This document shows positions 52,481 through 64,000 of a stretch of 64,000 nucleotides of DNA, one piece after another. Positions within the stretch are counted from its first letter, which is position 1. Each line of letters begins with the position of its first letter. This stretch comes from Octopus sinensis (lineage: Eukaryota), in assembly GCF_006345805.1 (NCBI RefSeq), contig NC_043010.1:35030001-35094000 (forward strand). Reading direction: 5' to 3'. The notes beneath the pieces are model-generated. The model was not told the origin of the DNA. It saw only the letters and a program-made list of their open reading frames with translations, and made no database searches. The position numbers and the translations under genes are program-made.

Positions 52481-53520
52481 CTGGTAGACCCCCATAGCCA
52501 TTTTTGTAGATACTTCTTTAAAATTCTTATTTTGCTTTACACACATTAACTTGTGTAGTTGAGCTACGTAAAACATTAGATAAAGAAAATTATTTCTTAC
52601 AATAAATACATCTAATGGAATTTTTCTATAGATCCTTAACGAACTACTATGGATCCTCGATTTGCTGTTTTTCACATGGGCACATCCCGCCAGGGGTCGT
52701 ATGAATCCCGGTTGAGACCCGTTGGTGTAATTTGAAGATTTGGCTACTATTTTTAGCAGAGTGAATGAGCACTTAAAGGCCTCTCCACTCATCGACATTA
52801 TACGGATGTCCTCCACCACTTTCCTAAATGAATTATAATCTTTAAAATACACGCACACACACATTCACACAAGCCCCCGCGCATACACGCACACATGAAT
52901 TAACTAGAAACACCACTGCCACCTCTCCCACTATCATCATCGAGTAACGAAATGAAAATAGTGTAGTGTAGTCCCGTTTGAACTGATTATGTTCAAAGTA
53001 TTGGTGTTGTAGCTGTGTTTAATCCCAGGCCTAAGATCAAATGCCTTCCGTTGTGACCATCTCGTCTTTTTTTTTTCTATATCTGTAACTACATCGTTCT
53101 CTCGTTCTCTCTCTCTCTCTCTCTCTCTCAAGATGTTAATATTTGTTTTGACTAGGAGAGATTTCGCTGTTATTTCTAACACGTCGAACGCCTATGCACA
53201 GCTTCCCTCAATTGCTAAATGATTAAAGTGTGGTTGTCTAGCCACAGACTGGCCATAAACGTGCAAACCAGTGATCAAAGCAATTCAAGCACTATCTCTA
53301 AATTCTTTATTATATTTTGGACATCAGATTACTGCAATTTTTTCCCTTTAATTCGTTATAAACATTTTTTTTCTTACTCAGAGTAAAAGGATTTGAAGAT
53401 GTACTTTCCTCAAAAAGTACTCCAGCTACCCTAAGCCAAGTCCGTCGTGAAAATCTTTCGGTATTTGTAGACGACGTGATTCGTCCACGAAATGCCCCCC
53501 TCATGACATCATCTACTAAT

Positions 53521-53935
53521 ACCTATTTCTTTCCTACCCATAAGGGGCTAAACACAGAGGAGACAAACAAGGACAAATAAATGGATTAAGTCGATTATAT
53601 CGACACCAATGCGTAACCGGTACTTATTTAATCGACCGCGAAAGGATGGAAGGCAAAGTCGACCTCGGCGGAATTTGAACTCAGAACGTAACGACAGACG
53701 AAATACCTATTTCTTTACTACTCACAAGGGGCTAAACACAGAGAGGACAAACAAGGACGGACAAAGGGATTAAGTTGATTATATCGACCCAGTGCGTAAC
53801 TGGTACTTATTTAATCGACCCCGAAAGGATGAAAGGCAAAGTCGACCTTGGCGGAATTCGAACTCAGAACATAACGGCAGATGAAATACGGCTACGCATT
53901 TCGCCTGGCGTGCTAACGTTTCTGCCAAGTCGCTG
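53521..53935 (-). mobile_element. SINE-C head-to-tail dimer (184-bp period)
   Basis: acctatttct starts at 53521 and 53705. The tRNA-like head is at about 53880-53935. Confidence 0.85.
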
Positions 53936-55432
53936 GTTAAAACGAAAATGAAAACTTTTTTAAATACTTCTTTTAATTTTGTATTTCGGGTTTCAAAAAA
54001 ATAAAAATCCGAAGACTATGATTAAAAAGTTAGAGGGTGTTGGGAAATCCATGCTAAAACGAATAAATGCAATGATTCAATAAGCTTTTTTTTTTATTTT
54101 TGCGTAGTGTGTAATAAGTGATATTTGACTGCTGTTTCTAACATGTCAAACAACCAATAAGTGGTTCCCTAGCTGGTTTGATAATCAGAGTGTTGTTGTA
54201 ATTTAAATTCAAGATTTCCCAAATCGAACAGAATTATCAAAGATGTTCAACCCAGTCATCGTGTACCCTAGGGACTGCCTTACTCACTGCCTCCTCTTCT
54301 GGTTTAAAAGAAATTTCACTGATATTTTTAGCAAGGCGTGTTTACTCCGTAGAAGATTCATTTACGACTTGAATGTTGTTTTTTTTAACAACATCTCGCT
54401 TTCGCGCCAGCCGGGATTGATCTAAGTTTTTGTTAAACTCCAAGTCAGCTTTGATCGAGTAGACAAATGGCTAAAGGCATTCCAGTTGTGACCATCCCGT
54501 ATTTCTGAACACCCCGGAAAGACTACATTATCCAATTTCCCCTCCTTCTTTAAGATGACAAGGTTTGATTTGAAGGAATTTGATTATTATTTCTAACAAA
54601 TCGAATGACTACGGTGATTATAGATATGGTGTAAAAAAAATAATAAACAAAACATATAATGTTATTTCAAGTGTGAGAAATCTGACCAAACGATGTATAC
54701 GTGTAACGGATCTCGTTCTTCAAACCACTTTGTTGATAGTTTGTAAACTTTGGAAAAGAAAAAAATAATTATATATTTTTCTTTTATTCATCTTACCAGT
54801 CTGTACTTTCGACATAATGTTGGTAAGAGATATCCTACTCTCAGATAAATATGCCAACATATCGTAAAAGTGAATATTCTACGTTGTTTTTTCAGGCTCG
54901 GGTCACTTTGAATCAAACATATCTTCGATTAACAGGTGTTCCAAGTTTGAACATAATGAACTATATATATTTCTCCTCGCCACCACTATTTTATTCTAAG
55001 ATGTTCTGTCGAGAACAATAAAGTTGGTTTTGTTTTGTTTTTGTTTTTGCTTTTTGCTTTGTACATAATGTATCGGAGGCTGCGTTGCCCAGTGTGTCCT
55101 TCCTTTTCACTTAATACGGTAGAGTGATTTGAGAATATTTGGGCAGCTATTTCTGACAGATCGAGCGGTCATGCAGAGACTCCTATTTTTTCCTTAATTT
55201 ATCGAGACTAATAAACATACACACAAACTAAAAAGAATGAGTTTGTATAAGTTTACTCTGAGGATGAAGAAAACAGGATTTTGGTTTCCGCATTACCATA
55301 CTGTAGATCTACATGTTTAAGTGGGGGGTGGGGGTAGGTAACAAGTTTGCAGATAAAAAAAAAAAAGGAGATAGAAAATGAGAACATATACAAAATAGCT
55401 TTAGGGTCCTCATGAGCCCTCTTTCTGCTTAC

Positions 55433-55606
55433 CTTATCGTATGTCCCTGTATCACCCCATTCTGAATACATTTGCTTCACATCATCGTTTGATAAACAGT
55501 CTTTGAGCAAATTCGCCATCGAATGACATCCTTCGTCAGTTGGGAAACCCAGTTTCACGGCTAAGTTGTGCTTCTCATTTGTATTATTTTCTTTAACTTC
55601 AGACAT
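55433..55606 (-). CDS. METTL27: METTL27/WBSCR27-like SAM-dependent methyltransferase, coding exon 1 (58 aa)
   Basis: ATG at 55606. Reads MSEVKENN...VKQMYSEWGDTGTYDK, containing the Y-x2-W-x5-YD motif typical of the N-terminus of this family, then a phase-0 donor AAG|GTAAGC. Confidence 0.8.
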
Positions 55607-56287
55607 CTTAATATTGTTGTTGACAACTGTTGAGTTTTGCTGTGGAAAGTTATCCAGTCTGTTTGGGAGATTGTTCTCTGTTTTGAGTATTCCTTTTATC
55701 TACCTGAATGTTGAAAGTCAATAAAAGGGACCAGTCACGCTCTAAGTACACACAACGCCCGCGTGCGCTTGCCAAATTGTTTTTTTTTTTTTCTCTTCTC
55801 TTTATTTCCCCACTTCGTTCATAAATTTTCTTTCTTATCGTCGATCCTTTTGTTGCGCTTTACTTTTCAGTATGTTGTTTGTGTTAGTTACCTCAATAAC
55901 TTCACACCTTCTGAATTGACACTAACCAGTTCAACTGTGCGAATGTCTATGTTATCACCCGAAGTCTGCTTTTATTAAACTGGGTTTCTCTTTCTCTTTC
56001 ACTTTATCTGTCTAGCTGACTGAATTTATTAGCTAAGCTTTCTCTCTCACTCTTTCACTTTAGATATCTATCAATACGACTAACCCAAGTTTGTTTTTTT
56101 AATATTGTGTGCTGTGACAAATCACAACTGATGTACAGGTGTTTATACATGTATGTATACAAACATACATGCATGTGTGTGTGTATATATTTATATCTGT
56201 GTATATATTAAAATGAGGTAGTTTTGGTGAAGAATTTTAAAGTATAACTTTAAAGAGCTGTGTAAGTCCGGAACAAGGCTTTGTATC

Positions 56288-57890
<1,603 letters not shown>

Positions 57891-57892
<2 letters not shown>

Positions 57893-58906
57893 CGGGAAGT
57901 TTACGAAAATAAACAAAAGACGAAGGCAGGTGGAGTACAAACAAACAAATGTATTAGTATGGCGCTCAGGAATAGAAATAGAACAAGTCTTTTACGTTTC
58001 GAGCCTACGCTCTTCGACAGAAAGATATGCAGAAAAAAAACAAGGAGAGAAAAAAATGCGTGTAGGAGCTAACGATCTATCATGGCGTTCTGACTTCAGG
58101 TAGAGGTCAGAGGTCAGACGTTAGACGCTAGAGGGACAGTAGGGGAGATAACAGGGTCAAGTGACCTCCAAAACAAAGGTGGTCCCAACACAAAGGTGCG
58201 TGTGTGTATAAGATAGTATGTATGTGCGTGTGAAAGAGGGCTGGTGGTCTGGACGTGTGTATGTATGTGTGGGTGTGGAGATATGGGGATGGGTGTGTGG
58301 GTGGTGTGTTGTGATGTGATATGTGTATGCATGTGTAGGTGTAAAGATGTGGGGATGGGTGTGTGGGCGGTGTATGTAATGTGATGTGTAATGTATGGTG
58401 TAGTGTAGTGTGGTGTGATGTTGTGGGGAGGTGGGGGCGAGAGTGGGGAAAGCCCATGTGGGGTGTGGGTTCGGCTGGGGGTTGGGGTAGAGTGGGGGTT
58501 GTGGGGAGAGTGAGAGAGGGAGAGAGGGGAGGGGAGAGAGGAGATGAGGAGGAGGAGAAGGAGAGGAGGAGAAGGAGGGGAGAGAAGGATAAGGGGGAGG
58601 CGGAGAGGAGGAGGGGGAGAGAAGGGGAGTGAGGGAGCAGAGAGAAAGAGAGAAGGGGAAGAGGGAAGAAGAGAGAAGAAGAGAGAAGAAGGGAAGAGAA
58701 GAGAAAGAGAGTAGGGGTGAAAAGATGAAGGACTGAAGAGAAGTAGGAGTCGGGGGGGGAGGTTAGATGAAAGTGGGGGAGTTGAGCCCAAATGGCGTAA
58801 AAGAGCGAAGAGAGAAAATTTATCCCTGTTCACGGCGCAAGCGGGAATCCGGATGGCCTCTGTGCAAGGACAATCCGAACACAGACAGGTGTTGCAAGGA
58901 GTGACC
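57891..58906 (-). mobile_element. Second copy of the same PLE family, inverted (tail-to-tail)
   Basis: The reverse complement of 58770-58906 matches the endonuclease 3' end. It ends ...cttcccgtt into (TA)n at 57855-57890. Confidence 0.88.
57988..58025 (-). ncRNA. Variant hammerhead-like motif (CUGUCGA+A)
   Basis: TCTTT-CTGTCGAA-GAGC(GTAG)GCTC-GAAAC-GTA^AAAGA. Confidence 0.6.
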
Positions 58907-59070
58907 GATATATATATATATATACATACACAATATAAATCTCTGAGCGAGGTATAAACAGTAGCTGCACAACATCGTGAAGTATATTTACTACTTAATT
59001 GGGAAATCTACTTCCCGATATATATATACATTTCTAAATATCTCAGAGAGATATAAGCAGTAGTGGTACG

Positions 59071-59481
59071 ATAGAGTAGTTGTGACAGTCCCATAAAGGG
59101 AATCACACCACTGCTATTTAGCGCTAGGAAGCATCAACGCTTCCTGTCGGCCATGACACATTTCCTGTGTCCTTATGTTTACAAAGGGGAGACAAGCTCA
59201 GCCACCCAGCTAAACCTGCATTCAGAGACTAGTTTCTGAGTCTTTTCTCATAAGGACACAGGAAATGTGTCAAGGCCGACCCATTCAATCCGTCGGTGTC
59301 AAAAGCACTAAGATAAGTGTTGTTTGGGAACAAACATACCTTAGTATCATCACATTCATTCAATCTTAATTCTAGGAAGGATTAAACACTAACATTATTA
59401 ATCAAACTAGGGCTAAATAGCAATGGTGTGATACCCTTCATGGGACTGTCATATTAAGCTGACAGTATACAACTACTCTAT
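59071..59481. mobile_element. TIR element with a nested internal inverted repeat
   Basis: Outer arms 59071-59127 and 59407-59481. Inner 32-bp arms 59146-59177 and 59249-59280. Confidence 0.6.
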
Positions 59482-60818
59482 ATATATATACTCTTTTACT
59501 CTTTTACTTGTTTCAGGCATTTGACTGCGGCCATGCTGGAGAACCGCCTTTAGTCGAGCAAATCGACCCTAGAGTTTATTCTTTGTAAGCCTAGTACTTA
59601 TTCTATCGGTCTCTTTTGCCGAACCGCTAAGTTACGGGGATGTAAACACACCAGCATCGGTTGTCAAGCGATGCTGGGGGACAAACACAGACACACAAAC
59701 ATATACACACACATATATATATGCATATATATACATATACGACGGGCTTTCAGTTTCCGTTTACGAAATCCACTCGCAAGGCTTTGGTCGGTCCGAGGCT
59801 ATAGTAGCAGACACCCGGGACCATGTATATATAATTAAAAATTAACGCATAGCTTAAGGACCAACGAGGCAGCAATATGTTTAGAAATAGGAGTTAGAAT
59901 CCCAAATCTACCACCGAAATATGACATAGGCAACAGTAGGCGAACAAACAGCTAAAGAATTAAACAATTAAAAACATATCATTAAAGATTAATTGTTTAA
60001 TTCTTTAATCGTTTGCACGTCTATTGTTGTCAGTCATATTTCAGTGATTTCGGTGGTAGCTTTGGGATTCTGACTCCTATTTCTAAACAGGTTGGTGCCT
60101 CATGCATCCTTAAACTTAATGCTTTTTTTTAAAATTTTAATGTATAGCTATATAATGCTAGTAAAAAACCTGTGAACCATTTATACTATCATTGTTATCG
60201 TTATCAGTTACTTATACTCACCACAGAAAATACCTTTTTTCGAATGCTTACATTCGAATTTTACTCATATATATATCAAATGGATGTCTTAAAAAATTAT
60301 TCCGCACATACAATAACAGCCATACCAACAATCCAGCATACCTCCATCATCAGCTGCCCCACAGATATCACTATGGTTTCGACACCTGGGCTGTACCATT
60401 CAATCCGTCGGTGTCAAAAGCACTAAGATAAGTGTTGTTTGGGAACAAACATACCTTAGTATCATCACATTCATTCAATCTTAATTCTAGGAAGGATTAA
60501 ACACTAACATTATTAATCAAACTACAACAAAGAAACACATTTATCCTATGTACAAAAACAGTATCGGTAAATTAATTCAATAAGTAAACCTATAAGTAAC
60601 TCCTAAAATATCTAACTAAACCTAGCCCTTGAAGTCGATGTAGATACTATTCCCACCAGTCTTCCATAGTTAATCATATAGAAGTGAATGATTTTATATT
60701 CTGTTCTTTCTTGGTTGAATTTAACTAATAATATAACTAATTCTGAGTGAATTACACTATTTCATAACCCAAAGTTAATAATTAAAACACTCCATACGTA
60801 TTGAATGTGTGAGTGTGA

Positions 60819-60858
<40 letters not shown>

Positions 60859-60904
60859 GTGTGTGTGTGTGTGTGTGTGTGGTGTGTGTGTGTGTGTGTA
60901 AGTG

Positions 60905-61228
60905 AAGGCGCGTAGCTTAGTGGTTAGGGCAATCGGCTCACGATCGTAAGGTCGCAGTTCAATTCCCGGCGACGCGTTGTGCCCTTGAGTAGGACACTTT
61001 ATTTCACGTTGTTCCAGTTCACTCAGCTCGCAAAAATGAATAGTAGTGCCTGTATTTCAAAGGGCCAGCCTTATCAGATTCTGTGTCATGCTGAATCTCC
61101 TTGAGGACTACGTCAAGGGTACTTGCGTCTGTGGAGTGCTCAGCCACTTGCACGTTAATTTTACGAGCAAGCTGTTCCGTTGATCGTATCAGCTGGGACC
61201 CTCGTCGTCGTAATCGACGGAGTGCTCA
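60905..61228 (+). mobile_element. tRNA-derived SINE with a CORE-like central domain and a SINE-A-type tail
   Basis: Head ggcgcgtagcttagtggttaggg...gttcaattccc, then gtgcccttgagtaggacactttatttcac. The tail gtctgtggagtgctcagccacttgcacgttaatt...gacggagtgct is shared with 770-870. Confidence 0.8.
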
Positions 61229-61237
61229 TATATATAT

Positions 61238-62795
61238 AAAACAAAAGAGGGAGTGTATGTCCATGCAGGAAAAAATATAGAAGAATTTGTGACTGAAAAT
61301 GCATCTGAAATTGAAAAACTTGTAATTGTTTTTAAATAAATTCATTTACTTACATACCAAACCAGTTTCAACAATGATAAAAATTTAATAATTGCGAAGT
61401 AGAAAAACATGTTTAAAAGATTCAATGTTTAAAAAATTCAATAACATCAAATATGATTTAAATGCTCACAACATTCAATGATATATAAAATGTGGATCAC
61501 CAAAGTTTCAGTCATACGGAGTTAAGAGGGGAAAAAAATGAAGATAGTAAAAAAAATGGGTTTGTTACAGTTTCCGTGATTTTTTCCCGTCTAGTGCAGG
61601 GATTTTCGCTTATAACAGCGTTTTTTTTTGTTTTTTGTTTTTTTGCGCGGGGGTGGAATCCAGTGTGTTTATAAATTCCTTCCGTGAACTGATCTGATTT
61701 TTAATTCATTAAAGTACTGAGAACGTCTTATTTTGTCGTTCTGTCCGGTTGATTTCACTGTGGGGGACGGTCATTAGCCGTTCCAGTTGGTTGAGTCTCT
61801 TAAAGGCTCATTTTGTTGTTGTTACTGAAGTTTGATTTCGATCGGAGGTAAAATTTCATTGTTCTAGAGCTAGGTGACGTCAGCAACTGGTGTTTGTATG
61901 GTGTTATTGTATGGTGATTTGAAGTTGCGATTTCGAAACCCGAGTGGGAACCTGTTACTAAAGCTTTTTAAATTATGTCTGTTATACCTGGTTGATTTTT
62001 TGTGGAGAAATTGGATATTTTTTCCTTTTAGTGTTTATTCTTTCTCAAGCATATTCAGCTGTGGTTTATGTTTTTTAATGGACATACTTTCCTTATTCAA
62101 ACGGATTTGGTTTGAAGTGTTTCCAGTGCATTGATAGAGAGGGAACATTTGGTATTTTGAGCTTATGTTTGCTGGGCATTGGTCTAGGTGTTTGCTTACG
62201 GGAATTCTCCTGGTTGTGGGGTTCCAGATTTGTTGCAAAGCCAACCAGACAGATCGACAAACTTGACCACCAGAAAAATAAGACGTTATCAGTACTTTAA
62301 CGAATCAAAAATCAAATCCGTTCGCGGAAAAAAATATAAATACACTGGATTCCAAAGGTTTTGTTAAAAGCGAAAATCCTTGCACATGACTTAAGAAGAA
62401 TCGCAGAAACTTTAACAAAAACCTTTTTTTACTATCTTCATTTCTCCCTTATATTTCTCCCTCTTAACTCAACATGACCGAACCTCTGGTGATCCACATT
62501 TCTTATCGATCACTTCAAACACTATTGAATTTTGTACATTTAAACAAGATAACCCACATTTTGTTGAATGTTGTGAACATTTAAATCATATTTGACGTTA
62601 TTGAATTTTATAAAAATTGAATGTTTTAAACATGTTTTTCTGCTTCGCAATTTAAATTGTTTACTATTGATAAACAAAAAATATTGTTGAAACTAGTTTG
62701 GTAAACAATTACAAGTATTTCAAACTAAGGTATATTTTCAACAACAAATTTTCTATATTTTTTCCTGCGTGAAAATACACCCCCTCTTTTGTTTT
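61238..62795 (-). mobile_element. PLE relic: GIY-YIG C-terminal fragment between about 500-bp inverted pLTRs, flanked by (TA)n
   Basis: ORF 62035-62244 reads QQIWNPTTRRIPVSKHLDQC...RLNKESMSIKKHKPQLN. Arms 61238-61734 and 62275-62795. Confidence 0.75.
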
Positions 62796-62889
62796 ATATA
62801 TATATATGTATATATATACAAAATGAGAAAATGGAGAAACATACCTAAATCAATCATCAACCATCAGATAATACCCAATCAATACTTTA

Positions 62890-64000
62890 CGAGGGGCGTT
62901 CAATAAGTAATGCCCCTGACCCACTTCCCATAGCAGTAGAGCAACGAAACTTGGAACAGTTATTAGTCTTTTTCTACATAGGAACCACCCAGAGTTACGC
63001 ATTTCTCCCATCGTTTGATGCAGCTCTGAAGACCGTTTTTGTAGAAGACCCCAGCTTGGTCCTCCAACCACGACGTGACTTCAGAAATCAAGGCTGCATC
63101 ATCTGGGAAACGCTTTCCTTTCAAAAACAACTTCATGGCTGGAAGAGGTGAAAATCAGAGGGTGCAAGGTCAGGAGAGTAGGGGGATGAGGGATGAGTTC
63201 ATAGCCGCACGCCTGTGCTTCTGATCTGGCGACACGCGAGCTGTGGATCGGAGCGTTGTCCTGCAGGAGGAGGATGCCTTTGCTGATCTTGCCTCGCCTC
63301 TTGATTTTGATAGCTTCTCTTAATTTCCTCAAAAGTGAAGCATAATAGACTTCTGTAATTGTAGCACCCTTTGCCAGGAAATCTGTCTTCACTACTCCGT
63401 CCTGGTCCCAGAAGACTGTAAGCATGACCTTGCCAGCGGAGGGCTGCACCCTTGCCTTCTTTGGAGGAGGTGAGTCACGGTGCTTCCACTGCATTGACTG
63501 GGCTTTGGTCTCTGGATCATAGTGATGGACCCAGGTTTTATCCTATGCAATCAGTCTTTTGAAAAATTTTGACTCATCTTCTTGGCACATCTCCAAATTC
63601 ATCCACGAGCAATCGACGCGTTCTTGCTTCTGGAAAGGTGTGAGCAGCCTGGGAATCCATCTGGCAGATACCTTTTGCATATGAAAATAGTCATGAATGA
63701 TAGTTTCCACAGACCCGGTACTAATCTTGACCTCATGGGCTATTTGGCGAATAATTATGCGTCGATCTTCCAAAATGGCAGCCTCAACTTGACAGACAGA
63801 TGCCTCATCAATGGCAGAAGGGGGCGACCAGATCTGGGAGCTGTTTCCACAGAGTTCCGACCATGTTTGAATTCACGATGCCAGCGTTTTACAAGGTCAT
63901 ATGATGGGGCATCATCACCATAAGTTACTTTCATTTCATGAAAAGTCTCCCGTGGTGTGCGTCCTTTCAAATACAAAAACCGGATCACTGCTTGACACTC
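62890..64000 (-). pseudogene. Mariner (DD34D-type) transposon with a disrupted transposase, running off the window edge
   Basis: TA|CGAGGGGCGTTCAATAAG TIR. Motifs YDLVKRWHREFKHGR, SARWIPRLLT, A*DKTW (stop where DETW is expected), LQDNAPIH and PHPP/YSPDLAPSD. Frameshifts near 63770 and 63190. Confidence 0.92.

Noticed and set aside
59222-59256. Minus-strand GAAAC-TA-GTC with a small stem II
   Set aside because: The core reads CTTATGA (G5 lost) at an inversion junction and there is no stem I partner.
60370-60420. GACACC...GGTGTC hairpin next to GAAAC
   Set aside because: No CTGANGA-like core precedes the stem on either strand.

Overview
AT-rich, microsatellite-dense animal genomic DNA, most likely octopus (inferred from its SINE families and repeat content). 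One host gene can be reconstructed. It is a minus-strand, five-coding-exon class I SAM-dependent methyltransferase of the METTL27/WBSCR27-like family (237 aa; exons 55606-55433, 48164-48042, 15492-15354, 12031-11939, 9175-8991). All four introns are GT-AG and phase-compatible, and intron 2 is about 32.5 kb. The rest is decayed transposable elements: tRNA-derived SINEs, hAT, Tc1/mariner, a Helitron, a Merlin-like palindromic MITE, and RTE, R4/Dong and Gypsy-like fragments. The most striking signal is a set of Penelope-like element (PLE) pieces and fold-backs, mostly sitting in (TA)n tracts, that carry minimal type I hammerhead ribozyme (HHR) motifs. About 11 near-complete motifs from about 6 sequence families were read by eye. 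They include canonical cores (9.5 kb, sense to the gene's last intron; 44.0 kb), cores with compensatory changes (A3-U8; U3-A8) and a recurrent CUGUNGA+A variant, two copies of which lie in tandem 525 nt apart like a retrozyme. All structures were folded by hand and all family assignments come from motif recognition. No searches or folding programs were run.
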